Shown: one piece after another, positions 27,464 to 36,274 of the stretch
Numbering within the stretch: position 1 is the stretch's first letter
Layout: every line of letters begins with the position of its first letter
Assembly (NCBI RefSeq): GCF_029242675.1
Contig: NZ_JAQWTM010000131.1
Coordinates: 1 to 56,378, forward strand
Reading direction: 5' to 3'
From: Flavobacterium sp.
GTDB lineage: Bacteria > Bacteroidota > Bacteroidia > Flavobacteriales > Flavobacteriaceae
DNA: 56,378 nucleotides
Program-made: the position numbers and the translations under genes
Notes under the pieces: model-generated
The model's database searches: none
What the model was told of the DNA's origin: nothing
The model's input: the letters and a program-made list of their open reading frames with translations, nothing else

Positions 27464-28513
27464 ATGAAGAAAATAAAATACATACTGTACGGACTGATTA
27501 TGATTGCCCTGACAATTATCCTTATCGGATTTATTGTAAGATATCCGTCGTATACTATTCAAACTACCGGTAAATTATATATTATCAATAAAAAAAGTGA
27601 AGACGTAACCGTTTTTGATTTATATAGCGGTAAAGAGCTAGCAACTGTTGCTATTAATATAGAATCGCACGGAGCAGCAAAAGTAATGGGACAAGATAAA
27701 ATTGCAATTGCTAATTACAATACAACTAAGGACAGAGACATTAGCATTTGCATTCTCAACACAAAAACCAATACAGTTGACAAAACGATTGCTCTTACAG
27801 CAGACGCTCTTGGTTTAGATGGAGTCATCGCATTACCGCAACCAAACCAAATTGCTATAATGAGCAGCGTAAGTAATACTTTTTTAAGCGTAGATATGAA
27901 GTCTAACACAATAGAGAACAAAATACCTACACTACAAAAAAAGAGTCATCACATCGCGCTACATTCTGGTCAGCCTATAGCCTATATTACCAACATTGAA
28001 TCAGGCACTATTAGCGTTATCGATTATGCCACTAGTCAAATTATCGAAACTATTTACTGTGGCAAAGGCACGCAGAGTATTGACATAACAGCTGATGGAT
28101 CCGAAATTTGGGTTACGAACACTAATGAAAATACGGTTAGTATTATCAATGCTAGAAAAAATAAACTAGTCAAGAAATTACGAACTGGCAAGGAACCTAT
28201 GGGCTTAAAATTTTCTGTCGATGGACGCTATTGCCTAGTTACTAATTTAAAAGATGGATCGATCTCTGTTTTTAACCGACTATCTAAAAAAGAAATAAAA
28301 AGAATTCCTATTCATGGTAAAAATACAGTCCTTGAGAGGACACTGTACCATACTCCAAGACCTGTTAACATTATAATGCATCCTAACGGGTTGTATGCTT
28401 TCATTGCAAATTCAAATGCCAATAAAATTGAAATAATTGATATGAAAACATTCACAATCGTTAGTACTATTGGAACTGGTAATGTTCCTGATGCCATGGT
28501 ATTTGTACCGTAA
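27464..28513 (+). CDS. YVTN/YncE-type beta-propeller protein, N-terminally anchored
   Basis: Repeats YITN..SGTISVID, WVTN...NTVSII, LVTN..DGSISV and FIAN...NKIEIID. Hydrophobic N-terminus. Confidence 0.88.
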   Translation: MKKIKYILYGLIMIALTIILIGFIVRYPSYTIQTTGKLYIINKKSEDVTVFDLYSGKELATVAINIESHGAAKVMGQDKIAIANYNTTKDRDISICILNTKTNTVDKTIALTADALGLDGVIALPQPNQIAIMSSVSNTFLSVDMKSNTIENKIPTLQKKSHHIALHSGQPIAYITNIESGTISVIDYATSQIIETIYCGKGTQSIDITADGSEIWVTNTNENTVSIINARKNKLVKKLRTGKEPMGLKFSVDGRYCLVTNLKDGSISVFNRLSKKEIKRIPIHGKNTVLERTLYHTPRPVNIIMHPNGLYAFIANSNANKIEIIDMKTFTIVSTIGTGNVPDAMVFVP

Positions 28514-28645
28514 AAAATATCATGTGAGTGTTGATCTATCAAAATTTAACAATAGAAAATAAACCATCCAACTATAGAAAATCACCAAATAACGACGGTA
28601 AATTAGCATTTAACTAATAATCCCCTAATAAAAACGATAAACTAT

Positions 28646-28653
28646 TAAATTTG
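28646..28653 (+). promoter_or_regulatory. Bacteroidota -7 element for the LruC-domain gene
   Basis: TAAATTTG, about 40 nt upstream of ATG 28695. Confidence 0.55.
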
Positions 28654-28694
28654 ACAATAGTAAAAAAACTTAGAAACCTTAAAAAAATATCAAG

Positions 28695-30686
28695 ATGAAA
28701 TCCCAAATCATTAACTACGCAAAAAATTTATGTTTTTTACTGCTTTTAAACGCTTGTAGCGCACCCGAAGTGCAAAACGATCCAGTAAGTAGCGATTCAG
28801 ATATTATTATTACTAATAAATCTTTTGACTTCAGCACCTACCGTCAAGTGAAAATCACGATCAATGACAGCGAAAAATTCACTAAGTATGATGTATATGC
28901 CTACACTGCCGACCCCTATTTTGCAGGAAATCAAACCTTCTTAAACCAGTCTGATGAAATTGTAACTGAACCTGTTTATCGCAATGATATTCTAAATAAA
29001 TTAATATTTACTGGGGTTCCCGTGAATGGGGTCTTAACCCAAATCATCAATGTCCCTAAATACTGCACCCAATTGTATATTAGAAGAAACAATAATCTCA
29101 ACTTCTCCTCTTCTGTAGTCTCAATAAATAATGGTGCTGTTAATTATACTTATGCCAAAACTCCTTCAACAAGAAAGTCAACCGCTACAACACTAGTTAA
29201 TGATTATCTATTTTGTGTGAATAGCTCAGCCGAGTTATTTCAGGTAAATCCATTAAACGGCCAATTAACCTATTTGTCAGATATGCCAATGGGAAGCGTA
29301 ACTTGCGCCGTTGATCAAGCTAATAAATGTGTATATTCTATTGGAAACAAGAGTCCGTATCCTCTAATGAAATATTCTATTCCTACTAATACATGGACAA
29401 CGGTAAAAAATTTAGGAATAAGCGGCCCAAGACTTGATTTTAATACAAGCGATGGGTTGTTGTATTTTTCTAATCAAGACAAAATTTATACTATCAACCC
29501 TACCACGGGCGCTCTAAGTGCCGCTAGAACTATTGTAGGACTGCACAACGCCAATGGAGGTGATCTAGCTTTCGCCAAAGATGGAACGTTATTTTTATGT
29601 ACATTTTCAGGATTATATAGATTGCAATTAGATCAAGCCAACGTATATCAAAGCACACGAATAAGTGCTGATAACCTACCTTTTCAACCTACATCAATGA
29701 CGTTTGATTCAAAAGAAGAGCTTTGGCTTGCTAACAATGCCTCCAGCTCCGACTTAATAATTATGGATACCCAAACTGGTGGTTGGAAGTATGTTTTTGG
29801 AATTAGCGCCAATAATAATTCTGATTATAAACGTACAATTAATGATTTGGCAACTTTTAGAGTATACACAACAGTTGATACCGCAGTTGATACCGATGGA
29901 GATGGAATACAAGATCAAGATGATGCTTTCCCTTTAGATCCTGCAGTAGCTTTTGAGTTGTTTACACCAAGTAAATATGGTACGGGTACTATTGCTTTTG
30001 AGGATTTATGGCCTTCCTATGGCGATTACGATTTTAATGATGTTGCTTTAAATTATCAAGTAATTGTAAAACTAAACTCCCAAAATTTAGCTGTACAAAT
30101 GGATATAATTTGTCGCGTAAAAGCTAATGGAGCTGGATTCACAAATGGTATTGGAATCGAAATACCCAACTTGTCACCTTCAAAAATAAAAAGTGTTACT
30201 GGAACAGTTTTAACTGAAAATTATATTACGGTCAATGCAAATGGTACAGAAGCAAACCAACAAAATGCTGTTTTTATCTTAACAGACTCAGCGCGTAATT
30301 TACTTACTGAACGAACTATATCTATTACATTTACACTTCCTATTAGTACATCTGATCTTGGTATAGCGCCTTTTAATCCATTTATAATCGCTAACAAAGA
30401 GCGAAAAAAAGAAATTCATTTACCTTATGCAAAGCCAACTTCTCTGGGAGAAAGAATAGCGCAAGTAAGTGGTGCGAACCGCGATAAGAGTGGCAATTAT
30501 GTTTCAGATAAAGGCATGCCATGGGCTATTAGTTTTATCCATGATTTTAAAGTTCCTAAGGAAAAAATTAAAATATCAGATGCTTACAACTTCTTTATAC
30601 AATGGGCTAATTCAGGTGGAACTGTATATAACGATTGGTACAAAGACAATCCAGGCAACCGAAACAATGATAAAATTCAAGATTAA
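28695..30686 (+). CDS. LruC/DUF4842-domain lipoprotein
   Basis: Lipobox LNA-C21, central propeller-like region, DTDGDGIQDQDDAFPLDP Ca-binding repeat, AFEDLWPSYGDYDFND, PFNPFI, EIHLP and PWA. Confidence 0.85.
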   Translation: MKSQIINYAKNLCFLLLLNACSAPEVQNDPVSSDSDIIITNKSFDFSTYRQVKITINDSEKFTKYDVYAYTADPYFAGNQTFLNQSDEIVTEPVYRNDILNKLIFTGVPVNGVLTQIINVPKYCTQLYIRRNNNLNFSSSVVSINNGAVNYTYAKTPSTRKSTATTLVNDYLFCVNSSAELFQVNPLNGQLTYLSDMPMGSVTCAVDQANKCVYSIGNKSPYPLMKYSIPTNTWTTVKNLGISGPRLDFNTSDGLLYFSNQDKIYTINPTTGALSAARTIVGLHNANGGDLAFAKDGTLFLCTFSGLYRLQLDQANVYQSTRISADNLPFQPTSMTFDSKEELWLANNASSSDLIIMDTQTGGWKYVFGISANNNSDYKRTINDLATFRVYTTVDTAVDTDGDGIQDQDDAFPLDPAVAFELFTPSKYGTGTIAFEDLWPSYGDYDFNDVALNYQVIVKLNSQNLAVQMDIICRVKANGAGFTNGIGIEIPNLSPSKIKSVTGTVLTENYITVNANGTEANQQNAVFILTDSARNLLTERTISITFTLPISTSDLGIAPFNPFIIANKERKKEIHLPYAKPTSLGERIAQVSGANRDKSGNYVSDKGMPWAISFIHDFKVPKEKIKISDAYNFFIQWANSGGTVYNDWYKDNPGNRNNDKIQD

Positions 30687-30730
30687 TGTTTTATAAAAAA
30701 TTAATTTAAAGCTATATAGTTTATAATTAC

Positions 30731-30787
30731 AAAGACCTAATTTTATTTGTAAGGCATACCGCGCTTACAGATAAAATTAGGTCTTTT
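30731..30787. terminator. Long hairpin, probable bidirectional terminator
   Basis: AAAGACCTAATTTTATTTGTAAG / CTTACAGATAAAATTAGGTCTTT form a 23-bp stem with one G-U pair, between convergent genes. Confidence 0.82.
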
Positions 30788-30810
30788 GTCTTTGTAGTTT
30801 AAAAAAGTGC

Positions 30811-31464
30811 TTACTTCTCACCCTCCCATTCGGCATAAAATTGCGAGAGAAAGCCCTCCATATAGCGGTGTCGCTCCTGTCCGATTTTTTTTCCCGTAAC
30901 CGTATTCATTTTCTCTTTTAACAACAATAGTTTTTCGTAAAAGTGATTAATTGTTGGTGCATTGTTAGTTTTATATTCCTCCTTAGTCATTGACGTGTTG
31001 GGCGCGATATTAGGGTCGTACAGCGCTCTATTTTTAAAACCGCCATAATTAAACGCTCGAGCAATACCAATGGCTCCTATCGCATCTAAACGATCCGCAT
31101 CTTGCACGATATCTAATTCTATCGAACTAAAGTCACGTGCTACTTTCCCACCCTTAAAAGAGATATTTTCAATAATTTTAATCACGTGATCAATAACTTC
31201 ATTATCGATAGCAATCGACTCTAAAAAGGTTCTAGCGGTTTTAGGGCCAATGGTTTCATCTCCGTTATGAAATTTACTATCAGCGATATCATGTAGTAAT
31301 GCCGCTAATTGTACTATTGTTGTGTCACATTGCTCTTCAGCACCAATTAGTAAGGCGTTTTTATATACCCGTTCTATATGGAACCAATCATGGCCTCCTT
31401 CGGCTCCTGCCAATTGTTCTTTTACAAAAGCAATTGTTTTTACGATACTATCTGTCTGTTGCAT
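30811..31464 (-). CDS. HD-domain phosphohydrolase (YpgQ/YedJ-like)
   Basis: GHDWFHIERV, LLHD, QDADRLDAIGAIG and HFYEKLL. Confidence 0.93.
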   Translation of the reverse strand: MQQTDSIVKTIAFVKEQLAGAEGGHDWFHIERVYKNALLIGAEEQCDTTIVQLAALLHDIADSKFHNGDETIGPKTARTFLESIAIDNEVIDHVIKIIENISFKGGKVARDFSSIELDIVQDADRLDAIGAIGIARAFNYGGFKNRALYDPNIAPNTSMTKEEYKTNNAPTINHFYEKLLLLKEKMNTVTGKKIGQERHRYMEGFLSQFYAEWEGEK

Positions 31465-31547
31465 TTTTAAAGACTTTAAAAAAAATGTTGATTCTCAAAG
31501 CTTTCACTTTAAAAATCAACATCTATATTATTTGAATTGGTAGAAAC

Positions 31548-32534
31548 TTACAATCTTGCTGGCTCTACCCATTTGAAAATATGAGTTTCTTGCGGTATAA
31601 CGATTCTTTCAGAGATTCTAGCCATTCTTGCTGGTAACTTCATCAAGTAATCACGCGCTTTCTCAGCTTCATCTGTTAATCCGCCAATCTTATCAATTTC
31701 CCATTTGCTGATTAGCTTTTGCATAATCTCCACATAATCATTGGCAGTATACACCCCAATACGTTGTGCAGAATCAGAAAACAACTCAAAAGCCGAACTA
31801 ATTTTAGCTCCTGACTCTCTCAAGAAGTGTGCTGGCATCACAATTTTAGCTTTCATCATGTACTGGAAAGCTAGCATCATTTCGCTTGGATCAATTTTGA
31901 AAATTTGGTTAACAAATTCACTGTAAGCATGATGATGACGCATCTCGTCACCAGCAATCATTTTACACATTTTAGCTAATTTTTTATCGCCATAACTTTT
32001 AGCTAATTGCGAAACTCTGTTATGAGAGACATAAGTAGCTAATTCTTGAAAACTAGTGTATATAAAGTTCTTGTAAGGATCTCTACCGGTACCAATATCG
32101 AAACCATCATTGATTAAGTGTTGTGTCGTCATTTCGACTTCACGCATATTCACACGACCTGACAAATACAAGTACTTATTTAAAAGATCACCATGACGAT
32201 TTTCTTCCCCTGTCCATTGGCGCACCCATTGTGCCCAACCGTTACGTTCCAAATTATCGACACCTTCAACCTCCATCAACCAGTTCTCATAGGTTGGCAA
32301 CGCTTCCTCAGTAATCATATCACCTACCATCGCTACCCAAAAATCATAAGGTAAGTCTTTAGATATTTCACGTAATTCTTTAACTTCTTCTAAAAAGTTA
32401 TCACTTTCAGAATTAGGTAAAAAATCAGATGGCTGCCATATTTCTTCAACAGGTATTAAATACTGATCCACATAGCTTGATACGTTTTTTTCCAAAAACT
32501 GCATTACTTCTAAACGAATGTTTTTTATTGACAT
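31548..32534 (-). CDS. Soluble di-iron acyl-ACP desaturase
   Basis: WQPSDFLP, TEEALPTY, EENRHG, SFQELAT, DEMRH and IVMPAH. Confidence 0.95.
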   Translation of the reverse strand: MSIKNIRLEVMQFLEKNVSSYVDQYLIPVEEIWQPSDFLPNSESDNFLEEVKELREISKDLPYDFWVAMVGDMITEEALPTYENWLMEVEGVDNLERNGWAQWVRQWTGEENRHGDLLNKYLYLSGRVNMREVEMTTQHLINDGFDIGTGRDPYKNFIYTSFQELATYVSHNRVSQLAKSYGDKKLAKMCKMIAGDEMRHHHAYSEFVNQIFKIDPSEMMLAFQYMMKAKIVMPAHFLRESGAKISSAFELFSDSAQRIGVYTANDYVEIMQKLISKWEIDKIGGLTDEAEKARDYLMKLPARMARISERIVIPQETHIFKWVEPARL

Positions 32535-32544
32535 TTTATATTTA

Positions 32545-33279
32545 TTAAAATTTTATTCCTTCTACAACGGCCTTTTCAGCCTTTTCAATTAAATCCTCAA
32601 AATCATATTCACTCACCTTTAAAGGCTTATGCATTACAAAAGTAAGCCGATTTCCTAAACCAAGTGGAAAAAAACCAAATTTAACCATTTTCCAACTATT
32701 GTTTATGCTTACAGGAACGACATAAGCCGAGGGTGCTGCCTTGCATAAAATCTTTAATCCAGTTTGAGAAAATGCCTTTGGTTGACCCGTTTTACTTCTC
32801 GTTCCTTCCGGGAAAATTACAGCCGAACGGTTGTTAGCCTCAATATAATCACCCAACTTTTTAATCTCAGGAATGGCTTGTTTAGGGTCTTTTCTATCAA
32901 TTAATGCGGAACCTCCATGACGTAGGTTGTAAGAAACACTTGGTATTCCTTTACCTAACTCCTTCTTACTAACAAATTTACAATGAAAACGGCGTAAAAA
33001 CCAAATCATGGCGATGATATCATACATACTTTGATGATTACTTACAAAAATAATTGGGACCCCTTTAGGAATAGCCTCTACGTTACTAAATTTATAAGTA
33101 GTTCCCACAATATTAGTACATCGCACTAAGAAAAAATTCAAATAATCAACACTTTTTTTATGTGCTTGATATCCAAAAAATCTAAAACACACCCACTGAA
33201 TTGGGTGAAAAATCACTAGCGTAAGTCCAAAACACAAATAGTAGATAATGGAAATAGGATACGAAATTAGTTTTTGCAT
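32545..33279 (-). CDS. PlsC-family lysophospholipid acyltransferase
   Basis: NHQSMYD (HX4D), IDR and IFPEGTRS. Confidence 0.93.
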   Translation of the reverse strand: MQKLISYPISIIYYLCFGLTLVIFHPIQWVCFRFFGYQAHKKSVDYLNFFLVRCTNIVGTTYKFSNVEAIPKGVPIIFVSNHQSMYDIIAMIWFLRRFHCKFVSKKELGKGIPSVSYNLRHGGSALIDRKDPKQAIPEIKKLGDYIEANNRSAVIFPEGTRSKTGQPKAFSQTGLKILCKAAPSAYVVPVSINNSWKMVKFGFFPLGLGNRLTFVMHKPLKVSEYDFEDLIEKAEKAVVEGIKF

Positions 33280-33297
33280 TCTTTAAAAAATTAGCCC

Positions 33298-33305
33298 CAA
33301 AAGTA
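33298..33305 (-). promoter_or_regulatory. Bacteroidota -7 element for the acyltransferase-desaturase operon
   Basis: TACTTTTG on the minus strand. Confidence 0.55.
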
Positions 33306-33364
33306 ACAAATAATTTTTTAGTGCTAATTAATTGGCAAATAATAATAGATTTATCGTTTAATTG

Positions 33365-33372
33365 TACCTTTG
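33365..33372 (+). promoter_or_regulatory. Bacteroidota -7 element for rnpA
   Basis: TACCTTTG, 32 nt upstream of ATG 33405. Confidence 0.6.
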
Positions 33373-33404
33373 TCCCCCTTAATCATTGTTCACTACCTCA
33401 TCAA

Positions 33405-33788
33405 ATGAATTTCACTTATCCAAAAAACGAAAAACTCAAAAGTAAAATCAGCATTGGATTATTATTCACCGAGGGTAAGTCAGTTTCTAAATACCCCTTG
33501 CGACTCGTTTACCATTGCAGTTCCGATAATGAGGGCGAGAAAATAAAAATGGGCGTTTCTGTTTCTAAAAAAAACTTCAAAAAAGCAGTCGATCGCAACT
33601 ATTTCAAACGCGTATTGCGCGAAACGTACCGACTCAACAAACACCTACTACTTGATGCAATTGACAAACCGCATTGCTTCATGTTGTTCTATCAAACCAA
33701 AGACCGTTTATCGTACGAGGAAATCAATACAAAAACAATCCAACTCTTTGAGAAGTTTATTGCTCAAACCACAAAAAAAGAAGAGTAG
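33405..33788 (+). CDS. rnpA: Ribonuclease P protein component
   Basis: MNFTYPKNEKLKS...GVSVSKK.FKKAVDRN..KR.LRE.YR. ATG 33405 is preferred over GTG 33321. Confidence 0.95.
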   Translation: MNFTYPKNEKLKSKISIGLLFTEGKSVSKYPLRLVYHCSSDNEGEKIKMGVSVSKKNFKKAVDRNYFKRVLRETYRLNKHLLLDAIDKPHCFMLFYQTKDRLSYEEINTKTIQLFEKFIAQTTKKEE

Positions 33789-33830
33789 CAAACCAATTTT
33801 TTGTATTTTTAGCAGGTAAAAAACGGTTCG

Positions 33831-34637
33831 ATGAAGCTAAAAGTCCTTTTAATAATTTTTCTATCTTGCTGCATTAGCTGTAAAAAAGCTGATGAAAGTC
33901 TAGATTCTAAAACTCAATCCATTGTACTACCTGCAAAAATAAAAGTGGATCCGTCTAAAACCGACGGGAGCCAATCCATTGAACAAAAGATAATCAAAGA
34001 GGCCAACTTGCGTTTTGAAACATCAGAACTAGAAAGCACTTACAACCAAATTGTAACTAATACCAAAGAAGCAGGCGGCACAATTCAAAATGATTCAGAA
34101 GGAAAAGACTACGGTTCCATCTACAAAAAATTAATAATTCGCGTTCCCAACCAAAACTTTGATGTCTTTATAAAAAACATCTCTAAAGGAGTCGCATACT
34201 TCGAAAACAAAGAGATAACGGCTCAAGACGTAACAGCAGAATACATTGATATTGATGCTCGAATTAAAGCTAAAAAATCACTTGAAAATAGATACATTGA
34301 GCTCTTAAATAAAGCAAACAAAGTATCAGAAATGCTAGAAATCGAAAAAGAACTGGCTACAATTAGAGAAGAGATTGAGGCGAAGCAAGGAGAATTGAAC
34401 TACTTACAAAGCAGAATATCAGAAAGTACAATAACCATCTATTTTTATAAAAATGTGGCTGCTGATGGCGGTGTAACAAATTCTTATGGCTCTAAAATAT
34501 GGAATGCCATAACATCAGGTTTCAATTCCTTATCTAGCTTTTTAATCGCTTTATTATCAATTTGGCCATTCTTAATCATTTTAACTACTATTATTTATTT
34601 CATCAGAAAAAAAATAAAACAAAAAAATAAAAACTAA
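33831..34637 (+). CDS. DUF4349-like lipoprotein with C-terminal TM
   Basis: Lipobox ISC-KK, KIIKEA, IRVP, DVTAEYID, coiled coil and C-terminal TM. Confidence 0.85.
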   Translation: MKLKVLLIIFLSCCISCKKADESLDSKTQSIVLPAKIKVDPSKTDGSQSIEQKIIKEANLRFETSELESTYNQIVTNTKEAGGTIQNDSEGKDYGSIYKKLIIRVPNQNFDVFIKNISKGVAYFENKEITAQDVTAEYIDIDARIKAKKSLENRYIELLNKANKVSEMLEIEKELATIREEIEAKQGELNYLQSRISESTITIYFYKNVAADGGVTNSYGSKIWNAITSGFNSLSSFLIALLSIWPFLIILTTIIYFIRKKIKQKNKN

Positions 34638-36274
34638 TGCGTTCCTTCATCAAAAAAAAATACCTCATCCCCGTTGCTGCCTCTGCATTCCTATTTGTAG
34701 GTGCTAGTTTTAAAAATGACTTTTTTGAAATAGCCAAGCAAATAGAGATTTTCACGACCTTATTCAAAGAAGTAAACAACAACTATGTCGATGAATCCAA
34801 CCCCGGAGAATTAATGGACAAAGCCATCAAAGGCATGCTTGCTAGCCTTGATCCTTACACTGTATACTTTAATGAGCAGGATGTGCTGCGTTTTAAAATT
34901 AATAATACAGGAGAATATACAGGAGTAGGAGCATTGATTTCACAAAAAGACGGACAACTACTCATTCGTGAAGTTTATAAGAACTTCCCTGCTGATAAAG
35001 CGGGATTAAAACCGGGTGATTTAATTACGCAAATTGGGGATGTTCCTATCACTGATTTAAAAGAAGATGCCTCTCAATTACTTAAAGGAGTTAAGAACAC
35101 TAAAATTGCACTACAATTTCTTCGCCAAGGCAAGCAAAAAACAGCCGAGATTATCCTTGATGAAGTAGGCATTAAATCGGTTCCTTTTTACGCTAAAATC
35201 GATGATAAAACAGGCTATATCGTCCTTGCTCGATTCAATCAAAAAGCATCTAATGAAATGAAGCAAGCATTGGAGGACTTAAAAAACCAAGGAGCGGAGC
35301 GTATTGTGTTAGATTTACGTGGCAATCCAGGTGGTTTATTAAACGAAGCGGTGAATATTTGTAATTTATTTGTTCCAAAAAACGAAATTATAGTAACGAC
35401 CAAGTCCCAACACGAAAAATACAATAACACTTATAAAACTCAAAACGAACCTGTTGACACTCAAATTCCGTTAGTTATTATTGTAAATGATAGAAGCGCA
35501 TCGGCTTCGGAAATTGTATCGGGCGCATTGCAGGATTTGGATAGAGCGGTGATTGTAGGAAGTCGCAGTTTTGGTAAAGGTTTGGTTCAAAAACCAATAG
35601 ACTTAACGTACAGCACCCAATTAAAAGTCACGATTTCTCGTTACTATACTCCTTCGGGACGTTGTATACAAGCATTAGATTATGCTAAAAAAGATAAAAA
35701 TGGAGTAGCCACACGTACGCAAGAAAAAAATTATAATGCCTATAAAACCCGAAAAGGAAGAATCGTTTATGACGGTGGTGGAATTTTACCTGATGTGCAG
35801 CTAGATGAAACTAAATTAAGTGTTATTGCCAATGCGTTAGAAAAAAATGATGCGATTTTTGACTATGTTACTAATTACTACTACAAAAACGCAAACTTAG
35901 GCAATCAAATACCCAATTTTTCGGCAGCTGACTATCAAGACTTCAAGCAATTCATTAAAGCTCCTAAATACGCCTTTGAAACCGAAACAGAACTAGCCTT
36001 AAAAAACACTTTGGCTGTTGCCAAAAAAGAAAAATTAGACGAAAGCATTACTGCAGAATATCAGCAGTTGCTTACTGCTTTGCAAAAAAGTGAAGCTACT
36101 CAACTCGATAAAAACCAGCAAGAAATTAAAAACATCATTGTAGATGCGATTATAAAACGGTTCCAATACGAGGAAGGTTTTTATCAATATTATCTGAAAA
36201 CCAATTCAGAGATTAAAAAATCAGTTAGCATTTTAAACAACCCTACAGAATATAAAACGATTCTAAAAAATTAA
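34637..36274 (+). CDS. S41 carboxy-terminal processing protease (PDZ)
   Basis: LDPYT, DLRGNPGGLL, SASASEIVSGALQD, SFGKG and YYTPSGR. Confidence 0.96.
   Translation: MRSFIKKKYLIPVAASAFLFVGASFKNDFFEIAKQIEIFTTLFKEVNNNYVDESNPGELMDKAIKGMLASLDPYTVYFNEQDVLRFKINNTGEYTGVGALISQKDGQLLIREVYKNFPADKAGLKPGDLITQIGDVPITDLKEDASQLLKGVKNTKIALQFLRQGKQKTAEIILDEVGIKSVPFYAKIDDKTGYIVLARFNQKASNEMKQALEDLKNQGAERIVLDLRGNPGGLLNEAVNICNLFVPKNEIIVTTKSQHEKYNNTYKTQNEPVDTQIPLVIIVNDRSASASEIVSGALQDLDRAVIVGSRSFGKGLVQKPIDLTYSTQLKVTISRYYTPSGRCIQALDYAKKDKNGVATRTQEKNYNAYKTRKGRIVYDGGGILPDVQLDETKLSVIANALEKNDAIFDYVTNYYYKNANLGNQIPNFSAADYQDFKQFIKAPKYAFETETELALKNTLAVAKKEKLDESITAEYQQLLTALQKSEATQLDKNQQEIKNIIVDAIIKRFQYEEGFYQYYLKTNSEIKKSVSILNNPTEYKTILKN

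Noticed and set aside
10045-30810. EPS block as a mobile element or genomic island
   Set aside because: No integrase, transposase, tRNA or flanking direct repeats were seen. Accessory status would need comparative genomics.
33321-33404. N-terminal extension of rnpA
   Set aside because: It overlaps the promoter motif at 33365. The family starts at about MNFTYPK.
33405-33788. rnpA not adjacent to rpmH/yidC
   Set aside because: To my knowledge this is the ordinary arrangement in Flavobacteriia.
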